Part shown: positions 27,801 to 35,465 of the stretch, piece by piece
Position numbering within the stretch: the first letter of the stretch is position 1
Layout of the letters: every line of letters begins with the position of its first letter
From: Christensenellales bacterium
GTDB taxonomy: Bacteria; Bacillota; Clostridia; Christensenellales; CAG-917
Direction: 5' to 3'
DNA length: 61,740 bases
Assembly (NCBI GenBank): GCA_048394785.1
Contig: DBFJGL010000056.1
Coordinates: 1-61,740 of the forward strand
Made by a program: the position numbers and the translations under genes
Notes under the pieces: generated by a model
The model's database searches: none
What the model was told of the DNA's origin: nothing
What the model saw: only the letters and a program-made list of their open reading frames with translations

Positions 27801-30800
27801 CTATGACTTCTCATACGACGGCGAGGCTCATCAGGTAACGGTAACCGCCACACACGAATTGGTAGGGCAAGTTGATTATACCTACGCTTGGTACCGTTTG
27901 AAGGCGGGCGGGACTCCGATTCCCTCTATGTATCGTACGGAAGATATGCTAAATAGCAACTGCGATCAGGTAGGCGAAACGGATACCTATGGCTTTACCG
28001 AGATTGCCCACAGCGGAACCCATTACTGTCTGGTCAAGGCGACGTACGGCAGCGATACGAGTATCGCCGTGGTACAGATTTACGTGACCGTTTCCAAAGG
28101 CGAGCAAGCGGAGTTAACCTTCTCGCAAACCGAAATAACCTACGCCGGCGAGAATATCTATTTAAGCCTATACGTTTCGGGCGGTTCGGGCGACGGAGCG
28201 ATTACCTTCCCTTATTGCACCTTTGGCAATGACGTTTCCGGCAGTTTGAATTCTGCAACCGGTGTAATCAGCAATATAACAAAGGTAGGCGGAACTATAA
28301 AAGTTACGGTACGAAAAGCCGCAAGTAGCGACGGAAACTACAAGGCGACGGAAAAAGAGTTTACGCTCACCATAAATAAGGGCGTTCAAAATATTGTAAT
28401 AGGCGATATTCAAAGCCCCACGTTCGGCAATGCTTACGACCTGACGGCTACGGGCAACGTCGGCACGGTAGCCTTTGAAACTATCACGGGAGGCACGGCT
28501 ACGGGCAAAATAGAAAACGGAAAACTTTCCGTCAGCGACCGTGGAACGGACGGTACTATTACCGTAAAAGCCACCGCCGCCGAAACCGACCTATGGGCGC
28601 AAGGCACGGCGCAAAAAACCTTTACCTTTGCCAAGGCTTCCTACGACTCCGCACCCGAATTTTCGGGCAACATTCCGGCGCAAACCTATACCCTATGCGT
28701 AGGGCGCGCGCTTTCGGAAATAACGCTTCCTACTTATTGGTCGTGGCAGGACGGGCAAAGTTTGCCCAACCAAACCGGAACTTACGACCGGATGGCTATT
28801 TTCACCCCCGCAAGCCCCGACAACTACGAGGGAACCGAAGCGACTATTTCAATAACCGTCGCCGCCCATAACTCCGAAGGCGCGGCAACGAGCAATAACG
28901 ACGGCACGCACTCTCACACTTGCTCGGTTTGTTTTGAGATAATCACCGAAAACTGCACCTTTGGCGACTGGGTGACTACCGTTCAGCCGGGCGTAAATCA
29001 AGAAGGCAGTAAATACCGCGATTGTTCCGTGTGCGGTTACCGCGACACGCAAGTCATACCCGCAACGCATACCTGCGTGTACGATGCCGAGTTCACGGTA
29101 GATATTGCGCCTACCTGCACGACGGCGGGTGAAAAATCCCGACATTGCACGACGGCAGGTTGCGATGAGCGCGTCGGTATTACCGTAATCCCCGCCCTCG
29201 GTCACTCTTGGGGCGATTGGATTGTAACCACCCCCGCCACTTGCACAACGGACGGCGTAGAAACGAGGACTTGCGCCCACGATAGTAGTCATACCGAAAC
29301 GAGGGCTATTACTGCAATCGGTCACTCTTGGGGCGATTGGACGGTCAAAAAGGCTCCAACCGCACAAACGACGGGCGAACTTGAAAGAATTTGCGCCAAC
29401 GATTCCTCGCATACCGATAGTTTTGTATTGCCCGCGCTGAACAATAGCGACTACGTTTACAGCGTTGTGACCGCACCCGGCTGCGAAACTACGGGAACAG
29501 GCAAATACTCTTACACGAAAGATAATAAAACCTTCGATTTTACCGTTACTCTTGCTGTTGCGGGGCACACCTTAACGCCTCATGTGGCAAAAGCGGCGAC
29601 CTGCACCGAAGACGGAAATACCGAATATTGGACTTGCTCCGTTTGCGGAAAATATTTCAGCAATAGTGCGGGCACGAACGAAACGACGTTGAACGCCGTC
29701 AAAATTTCGGCAATAGGTCACTCTTGGGGAGAATGGATTGTGACCACCCCCGCTACTTGTACGGAAAACGGCGTAGAAACGAGAACTTGCACCCACGACA
29801 GTAATCATACGGAAACGAGGACTATTACTGCCAAAGGTCACGAGTGGGGCGGTTGGACTTCTAACAACAACGGCACGCACACCCACGCTTGCATGTACGA
29901 CGGCAGTCACACCGAAACGGAAAACTGCACATATGAGGATAGCGTAGTTGCCCCAACCTGTACGACAAAGGGCTATACGCGCCACACCTGCACCGTTTGC
30001 GGTTATCATTACGACGACACGCCTACGGACGAAATTGCTCATACCTTAACGGCACACGCCGCCGTTTCGCCCACGCATATTACGGCGGGCAATATCGCTT
30101 ATTGGACTTGTTCTGTTTGTAAAAAGTATTTTTCGGACGTAAACGGCGAAACGGAAATCAGCCTGAACGACACCGTACTGCAGGCTACCGGACACAGCCA
30201 TTCTTCCGAATGGAAAAGCGACGAGAGCGGACATTGGCACGAGTGCAGTTGCGGAGATAAGGCAGACGTGTCGGCGCATACCCCCGGGGCGGCGGCAACC
30301 GAAACCACGCCACAAACCTGTACGACGTGCGGATACGTAATTACGCCCGCTACCGGACACGCAACGCATACGCCCGATACTTCCAAGTGGCATTCCGACG
30401 GCACGAACCATTGGCACAAGTGCACCGGCTGTGAGGAAAAACTTGATGTTGCCCAACATAGCGGAGGCACGGCGGACTGCGAGCACAAGGCGGTTTGCGA
30501 AATTTGCGGCGCCGAATACGGCGAGCTTGCCGCGCACAGCTACGGCGAATGGACTCATTACAACGACACGCAGCACAAGCGGGTTTGCTCGGTTAATGCA
30601 GACCACGTCGAATACGTCGACCACGCTTGGAACGACGGAGTAATTACCACCGCGCCTACCCATACCGCGGCGGGCGTAAAAACCTATACCTGCGCGGATT
30701 GCGGACACACCAAAGCGGAAAGCATCCCCGCTACTGCCGAGCACTTTTACAATTTGGAAATTGCGGAGGCAAGGTTTTTGAAATCCGCCGCCACTTGTAC

Positions 30801-31542
30801 GCAAAAAGCGGTTTATTACAAGAGCTGCGCCTGCGGCGAACGCGGAACGGCAACCTTCGAGTACGGCGGTTATGCTGCGCACACATTGACCGCGCACGAG
30901 GCCGTAGCAGCCACCTGCACCCAAAACGGCAATATCGCTTATTGGAGTTGCTCGGTGTGTAATAAGTATTTCAGCGATAGCACGGGCGAAACCGAAATAA
31001 CGCAGGCGCAAACGGTAACAGCGGCGGGGCATAATTATGTGTTTACAAGGACGGTTGCGCCTAATCTCGAAGCGCAGACGGACGGTTACGACCTGTGGAC
31101 GTGCACCCGCGATGAAAGCCATACCGAACGGCGCAATATCGTGGAATGGGAAACATTGATTGCCGATAAGGTGACCGTCATGGTGTCGGGCGGCACGATA
31201 CAAGGCCAAAGCGGCTCGTCCATAATCGTCAATAAAAACGGAAACGTCACGGTTGTGGCAGACGAAATCGAAGGCAAAACCTTTGTCGGTTGGCGAAACG
31301 CAAACGGAGATATTGTCAGCGAAAACGCTACCTACACTTTCAGAGCAAGCGCGGATATGACGCTTACCGCCGTGTACGAGGACGTCACGTCCAAACCTAA
31401 GGGACTTTCAGGCGGCGCAATCGCGGGCATAGCGGTCGGAGGCGTGGCTATTGCAGGATTTGGTGGATTTGCAATATTCTGGTTTGCGGTCAAGAAAAAA
31501 TCTTTTGCCGATTTACTTGCAGCGGTCAAACGCAAAAAATAA
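24835..31542 (+). CDS. giant surface protein body (2235 aa): PMP-like beta-helix, Listeria-Bacteroides repeats, Ig-like domains, Cys/His-rich modules, C-terminal TM anchor
   Basis: No signal peptide of its own; the track start is a TTG. Domain evidence:
- GGGVY/GGGIY/GGGIW/GGGAY beta-helix repeats
- at least 6 repeats of the GY.F.GW...LYAVW type
- about 740 aa of CxxC/His modules
- TM helix IAGIAVGGVAIAGFGGFAIFWFAV followed by KKKSF. Confidence 0.75.
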   Translation: MYINKKEGYTDKTVNVTRNLADSGAGLAIIDGDAWIYGTQSAPVKVESNVACQGYNYIANPDGTGGGVYVGLYAKAHIYNFVSIQYNSAGNGGGIYTVGSTWLGREGTTSTRMVVAYNSATNYGGGIWSGGGAGTWLGKITVFENTAQYGGGAYIHSETTAEKPFAVTSTSLVSSNTASTAGGGIYADGVLTLEYKPYIGLNKVGSANSNVYLSVTDGKNSKINIVQKQTDNKDSGTQTVPIGLSSDMTSATKIVTTNYTVTNSLALSDVFTTDNTDYYGLSLSGGEVQMNRYVKVTYSPYSCTGSAKTVKVGYNQATLVYSAAQAGFSKTGYSLSGWSLVAGNSVATYGLTHQPAFKDDITLYPVWSVNRYTLTYDGNGNTGGGMSTSEFTYGQTANLRLNGFTKTGYNFLGWSFDQNATTPTYLDGASFTYNYTSDKTLYAVWKPLYSYTVKHYLQNIADDEYTIDVTETLSGTGTTQAVAKDYAGFTAQAFSQATIAADGSTVVEIFYNRNSYTLTFNAKGGNISSDTLTAKYGSPITLPVATRNAYTFVGWSETDGGSTAVNYTTMPAVNKTLYAVWKNRALVSISVPAEYLTQTYFVNDALKAFQINLVYDNGDTESVDVTSAMVSGFSTAAVASNQTATISYGGKTATFTYTVTQGYAYKVLHHFEDIDGEGYGTDTATVSETLYGTGTTQAVAKKYDGYTAPTTIEQKEINADGTTQVDIYYTRNSYTVTFDAGGGEFPANATTTLSAKYGANVSVAGITAPAKLGFVFTGWNTSAEGTGTPVDKSGNYTVTAETNQTLYAVYEAKAVTRLTGKSDSKNEWYVGEAMGEYYFTAEYNDGTTEDISVVATGVEVKNFDTSTATGTGEKRTATIKYGGQQYSFNYTVVVRTYSVTYYANGASGELPINTPMPSGMSLTVQDGDSLTKTGYTFTGWLYSGDGNVYESNDTITMPAQDVTFTAQWSLKSPDLDFGNILGGASPDFTYDFSYDGEAHQVTVTATHELVGQVDYTYAWYRLKAGGTPIPSMYRTEDMLNSNCDQVGETDTYGFTEIAHSGTHYCLVKATYGSDTSIAVVQIYVTVSKGEQAELTFSQTEITYAGENIYLSLYVSGGSGDGAITFPYCTFGNDVSGSLNSATGVISNITKVGGTIKVTVRKAASSDGNYKATEKEFTLTINKGVQNIVIGDIQSPTFGNAYDLTATGNVGTVAFETITGGTATGKIENGKLSVSDRGTDGTITVKATAAETDLWAQGTAQKTFTFAKASYDSAPEFSGNIPAQTYTLCVGRALSEITLPTYWSWQDGQSLPNQTGTYDRMAIFTPASPDNYEGTEATISITVAAHNSEGAATSNNDGTHSHTCSVCFEIITENCTFGDWVTTVQPGVNQEGSKYRDCSVCGYRDTQVIPATHTCVYDAEFTVDIAPTCTTAGEKSRHCTTAGCDERVGITVIPALGHSWGDWIVTTPATCTTDGVETRTCAHDSSHTETRAITAIGHSWGDWTVKKAPTAQTTGELERICANDSSHTDSFVLPALNNSDYVYSVVTAPGCETTGTGKYSYTKDNKTFDFTVTLAVAGHTLTPHVAKAATCTEDGNTEYWTCSVCGKYFSNSAGTNETTLNAVKISAIGHSWGEWIVTTPATCTENGVETRTCTHDSNHTETRTITAKGHEWGGWTSNNNGTHTHACMYDGSHTETENCTYEDSVVAPTCTTKGYTRHTCTVCGYHYDDTPTDEIAHTLTAHAAVSPTHITAGNIAYWTCSVCKKYFSDVNGETEISLNDTVLQATGHSHSSEWKSDESGHWHECSCGDKADVSAHTPGAAATETTPQTCTTCGYVITPATGHATHTPDTSKWHSDGTNHWHKCTGCEEKLDVAQHSGGTADCEHKAVCEICGAEYGELAAHSYGEWTHYNDTQHKRVCSVNADHVEYVDHAWNDGVITTAPTHTAAGVKTYTCADCGHTKAESIPATAEHFYNLEIAEARFLKSAATCTQKAVYYKSCACGERGTATFEYGGYAAHTLTAHEAVAATCTQNGNIAYWSCSVCNKYFSDSTGETEITQAQTVTAAGHNYVFTRTVAPNLEAQTDGYDLWTCTRDESHTERRNIVEWETLIADKVTVMVSGGTIQGQSGSSIIVNKNGNVTVVADEIEGKTFVGWRNANGDIVSENATYTFRASADMTLTAVYEDVTSKPKGLSGGAIAGIAVGGVAIAGFGGFAIFWFAVKKKSFADLLAAVKRKK

Positions 31543-31668
31543 AATTTGGGTTTTCTCGCCACTCTCTATCGGTTCGGCGCACATTTTGAACAAACGATTA
31601 CGGTCATCACGCATTGCTGAAAAACTTGAACGATAAGAGTCGGACAGCTTAAATATTGAGGTTAAAAT

Positions 31669-31848
31669 ATGAGACGATATGCGACATGTCCTGTTTGCGG
31701 ACATAAATTATTAAAAGGTCAAAACGGAACAAATGCGGAAGTGCTTTGTCCGAAATGCTCACAAAAAATTATTGTGACGATTATCAACTATCATGTGACG
31801 ACTGTCGAAAAAGAATATGCAACCGAAAAAGAAAATCCAACTGAATAA
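31669..31848 (+). CDS. small Com-like zinc-ribbon protein (59 aa, below the ORF-track cutoff)
   Basis: MRRYATCPVCGHKLLKGQNGTNAEVLCPKCSQKIIVTI... has the C-x2-C...C-x2-C spacing and KLL context of phage Mu Com-type zinc ribbons. GAGG lies 8 nt upstream. A terminator follows immediately. Confidence 0.55.
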   Translation: MRRYATCPVCGHKLLKGQNGTNAEVLCPKCSQKIIVTIINYHVTTVEKEYATEKENPTE

Positions 31849-31864
31849 AACACCTAAGTATGCG

Positions 31865-31900
31865 AAAAGCCCTCGATTTTATGGTCGAGGGCTTTTTGTT
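31865..31900 (+). terminator. rho-independent terminator
   Basis: Stem AGCCCTCGA (31868-31876) / TCGAGGGCT (31885-31893), followed by TTTT. Confidence 0.75.
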
Positions 31901-31989
31901 ATAAAATTCTACATACGCTGAAATTACAAGCAACCGCCGTTGAGAATATTCTACCTGCGTTGATGTAAACTATATGCAGAGGTAGAAAT

Positions 31990-32322
31990 ATGTTAAATTC
32001 CCGCGAATTATATGAGAAAATCGAATTTTTGCGTATTGAGAAAGGGTTAACTGCAAATAAATTGAGCGAACTTGCAGGAATTTCTCACAGTACGCTAAAT
32101 TCTTGGAAAATTCGAGGAACAATGCCAAAACTCGAAGTGTTAGATGGGTTATGCTATGCCTTGGGAACCACTCTCTCGGCGTTTTTAAGCGACATAGATG
32201 CAGACAAACTGACTGCGGAAGAAATCGAACTATTACAGCATTGGAATACTTTGGATAAAGGACAAAAGCAAGCATTTATGCAAATGATTAAATCGGTCAA
32301 AGGTGACCAAACAACAATTTAA
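31990..32322 (+). CDS. XRE-family HTH transcriptional regulator
   Basis: 110 aa. LTANKLSELAGISHSTLNSWK is a Cro/C1-type HTH. Confidence 0.8.
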   Translation: MLNSRELYEKIEFLRIEKGLTANKLSELAGISHSTLNSWKIRGTMPKLEVLDGLCYALGTTLSAFLSDIDADKLTAEEIELLQHWNTLDKGQKQAFMQMIKSVKGDQTTI

Positions 32323-32535
32323 TAATTTGTTGCAGAGAGCTGTATTCTTTATAAGAAGTCAAGAGCCTAACAAATAGAATTATCCTTTGGGATTTTTTCT
32401 GTTGCGTTAGGCTCTTTTTATATGTTTTAACGGGAATGCCCGATGGCGTAATTCGTACGCTGTCGGGCTTTTTCATTTTAGGTCTAAACCTCGCGTCCGG
32501 TAGTGATAAAAATTCGCTACGGAGAGTTTTTGGGA

Positions 32536-32955
32536 ATGGCCACTATCAACTACCGTTTTCATGACGGCCACTATGAAACGTTGGAGGTAACGGAAGAAAT
32601 TGCGGATACATTCAAAGAGTGTAACCGTGAAGATTGGCGTTTGCGAAAACGGCAGCAAAAATATGAAACAAAAATATCGCTTTCGCAGATGACGGAAGAT
32701 TGCGGGTTTGACGTTCCCGATAACAATCTTTCGCCCGAAGATCAAATAATAGATCAAGAAGAACGGGACAAGCTGTATCGCACTTTGAAACAAAGCATTT
32801 CCTGTTTATTGCCGCCGCAACGCTTATTGCTCCGACAGATTTACATAGAAAACAGATCATTAAAGCAAATTGCCGAAGAAACAGGCGTAAGCTATCAGGC
32901 AATTCAAAACCGATTGAAAAAAATTTTTGAGAAATTACGAAAATTTTTTGATTAA
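32536..32955 (+). CDS. sigma-70 region-4-like HTH protein (ICE regulator), paralog 1
   Basis: Starts MATINYRFHDGHYETLEV. C-terminus LPPQRLLLRQIYIENRSLKQIAEETGVSYQAIQNRLKKI is region 4-like. The track ORF begins 11 codons earlier. Confidence 0.7.
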   Translation: MATINYRFHDGHYETLEVTEEIADTFKECNREDWRLRKRQQKYETKISLSQMTEDCGFDVPDNNLSPEDQIIDQEERDKLYRTLKQSISCLLPPQRLLLRQIYIENRSLKQIAEETGVSYQAIQNRLKKIFEKLRKFFD

Positions 32956-32981
32956 GGGGGTTGTGCCCCCTTAATTTTTTT
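32952..32981 (+). terminator. rho-independent terminator overlapping the stop codon
   Basis: Stem TTAAGGGGG (32952-32960) / CCCCCTTAA (32966-32974), followed by a T7 run. Confidence 0.75.
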
Positions 32982-33031
32982 CCGAATAGGTGCAGGGCAA
33001 TCCCCTGACATCTATTCGGAGGTCATTCTAT

Positions 33032-33454
33032 ATGGCAACAATCAACTACAAATTTGCGGACGGACACACGGAAGAAATCGAGGTATCGGAAGACTTTGCG
33101 TTACAGTACGAGCTTATCGACGACCAATTTCGGCGCAACGAAAAACGAGCCGAAAAGCGCAATAAGAGAAAGCACGTTTCGTTGGAATACGCAATGGCAA
33201 ACGGTTGGGACAAAATCGACGAGAACGCGCTCGATCCGCTGGAAGCGCTGATTTGCAAAGAACAATCGGAAGAAATGACGGACATCATCGCGCTATCGGA
33301 TTTTCTGACCGACCGACAACGGCAGATTATGGGGCTGTACTATCAAGTCGGCTATACCAAAACGGAAATCGCACGGCTCTTAAACATCAGCCAAGCGGCC
33401 GTAAACCACCATTTAGGCGACTCTATTAAAAAAATTTTGAAGAAATTTTCCTAA
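33032..33454 (+). CDS. sigma-70 region-4-like HTH protein, paralog 2
   Basis: Starts MATINYKFADGHTEEIEV. C-terminus LTDRQRQIMGLYYQVGYTKTEIARLLNISQAAVNHHL. GGAGG lies 9 nt upstream of ATG 33032. Confidence 0.7.
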   Translation: MATINYKFADGHTEEIEVSEDFALQYELIDDQFRRNEKRAEKRNKRKHVSLEYAMANGWDKIDENALDPLEALICKEQSEEMTDIIALSDFLTDRQRQIMGLYYQVGYTKTEIARLLNISQAAVNHHLGDSIKKILKKFS

Positions 33455-33544
33455 AACGGCCAAAAGAGGTTAAGTTTTAACCCCCTCTCTGTCCTTATAA
33501 GTGGAGGGGTAAGAAAACTCTCACAAAAAAACACGGAGGTTTAC

Positions 33545-33787
33545 ATGATTGTAAAAGCAGAAAAACTGGCTCAATTTTTGGCGGCGAAGGATATGTCAAA
33601 CAACGCCTTTGCAAAAAAGTTGGGTGTTGAGGAAAGCGAGGTTGACAAAATGCTTTCGGGCGAGAACGTCGGTTTGGACACGTCGAGAAAATTCATCCGT
33701 TTTTTCAAAGCGGAAATTGCCCAGCGATATATAGACTGGGAAACGATGCAGATTAAAAACCCCTTGCAGGAGGAGGAAGAAGCATGA
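33545..33787 (+). CDS. small HTH DNA-binding protein
   Basis: 80 aa. MSNNAFAKKLGVEESEVDKMLSGE is HTH-like. Confidence 0.6.
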   Translation: MIVKAEKLAQFLAAKDMSNNAFAKKLGVEESEVDKMLSGENVGLDTSRKFIRFFKAEIAQRYIDWETMQIKNPLQEEEEA

Positions 33788-34251
33788 AAAATTTTGAAGT
33801 ACAGCACACCATCCGTCTCTACGATCCCGAACTCATTGCCGAAATCGGCAGAACTTACGACGCGCACAGAAACGAGTTCCGCAACAAGAACGAGTTTCTG
33901 ACCGAACTCTTGCGTCTGGGCGTAAAAGCAATGAATTTTGTCCCGCCCACTTCGCCCGCCGGCGCAGCGGTTCCGCCCGCCGCTGCGTTGGACAAGCTGT
34001 TTGACGAGGTAAAGAAAATCGAAGCGCTTGCCGAAGAAACGGGCAAGTTCGTGAATATGCAGGGGCGAAAAATGGAAGTACATATCGCCGTTATCGAGCG
34101 CCTGCTTTCTTCCGTTTACAATATGGAGCTGGGCGCGGCGAGCGGCGAACCCGTCGTCAAAAGAAAGGTCGAGGACGGTTTCTTCGACGACCTGCCCATG
34201 CGGTTTGAAAAACTCATTCTAACGCTCGAACAGCATTTCGGCGTGAAATGA
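33784..34251 (+). CDS. hypothetical protein, possible relaxosome accessory factor
   Basis: 155 aa. Translationally coupled to both neighbours (ATGA overlaps). Its position directly upstream of the relaxase is the only functional hint. Confidence 0.45.
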   Translation: MKNFEVQHTIRLYDPELIAEIGRTYDAHRNEFRNKNEFLTELLRLGVKAMNFVPPTSPAGAAVPPAAALDKLFDEVKKIEALAEETGKFVNMQGRKMEVHIAVIERLLSSVYNMELGAASGEPVVKRKVEDGFFDDLPMRFEKLILTLEQHFGVK

Positions 34252-35465
34252 GCGTCCCCTATGTGAATTGCAAGATACGCTACGTCAAGAGCGAGTATCC
34301 GGACAACTATGCAAACAAAGAGAAATACGAAAACAAGCGCAAGTTCTATTCGTGCAATCAGATACAGGATTACATGACATATATTGCCACGGGCGCGATG
34401 CGGAAACTGGACTATATCTCTTATTCGGACGACAAGGATAAAAGCACGGGCGTATTCGGGAAAAACGGGCTTTTGGACGCGAAAGAAAAACGCACGCTGC
34501 GCCAAAAACTGCGCGCGACGAAAAGCGTGATTTGGGACTGCCTTTTGACCTTTCAGCCAGAGTTCGGGCAGCGGTACTGCAACGACTATGAGCAAGCCTA
34601 CGAAATGCTGAAACGGGAAATGCCGCGTTTTCTCAAAGACGCGGGATTTAACCCGGACAATATCACTTGGTTTGCCGGACTGCACACCAACAAGAAGCAC
34701 AGGCATATCCATATCAGCTTTTTCGAGAACGAGCCGACGCGCCTAAAACAACGGTCGAAAGAACTGCAATTCTCGCACGGGAAAATCAATCAGGAATGTA
34801 TCCGCCGCTTTAAGGTGCACGTCGAACAGAACCTGACGGACATATCCGCGCAGCTTCGGATCGCGCGCAAGGAAGCGACGTCGTTCACAAAGGAAGTTCT
34901 GTTCTCGAAGTCAAGCCTTATCCGCTACAACAGAGCCTTTCAGGAACAGATTGCCGACCTTGCGTACAAACTGCCGACGAGCGGCCGCATCTCTTACGAC
35001 AGCGAGAATATGCGCCCCTTAAAGCCGCTTATCGACAGCATCGTGGATACGGCGATCAAGTCCAATCGCAAGTGGTATAAGGCGTTTGTCGGGTTTTGCG
35101 GCGAGGTCCGAAAGCACGACGAACGCACGCGGGAAATGCTCGTGCGCCAACAGATTCCCGAAGTGTTTTGGGACGGGTATTTGAAAGCCGACGCATATAT
35201 GGACGATCTGTATCGGCGTATGGGCAATCAACTATTGAACTACGTCCGCGTGTTCAAAAAGAAAGAGCCGACCGCCCAAAGCCGCCTTGCAAAAAAGCGC
35301 ATCCGCACCAAGACGACGGCAAGCGTTCTTGCCAAGGGACTGGAAATGCAAGCGGCAATGCAGGTGGACGCCATGTACTTTTTCGAGGAATACCTGAAAA
35401 AGCTCGAAGAAGCCCGCGAGGACGCGGCAAACTATGAGGAAACGGAAATGAATGAAATGGAATAA
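34248..35465 (+). CDS. putative relaxase (MobL-like mobilisation nuclease)
   Basis: 405 aa with N-terminal IRYV...YMTYIATGAMR and the histidine cluster HTNKKHRHIHISFFE. It sits directly upstream of the coupling protein. Confidence 0.6.
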   Translation: MSVPYVNCKIRYVKSEYPDNYANKEKYENKRKFYSCNQIQDYMTYIATGAMRKLDYISYSDDKDKSTGVFGKNGLLDAKEKRTLRQKLRATKSVIWDCLLTFQPEFGQRYCNDYEQAYEMLKREMPRFLKDAGFNPDNITWFAGLHTNKKHRHIHISFFENEPTRLKQRSKELQFSHGKINQECIRRFKVHVEQNLTDISAQLRIARKEATSFTKEVLFSKSSLIRYNRAFQEQIADLAYKLPTSGRISYDSENMRPLKPLIDSIVDTAIKSNRKWYKAFVGFCGEVRKHDERTREMLVRQQIPEVFWDGYLKADAYMDDLYRRMGNQLLNYVRVFKKKEPTAQSRLAKKRIRTKTTASVLAKGLEMQAAMQVDAMYFFEEYLKKLEEAREDAANYEETEMNEME

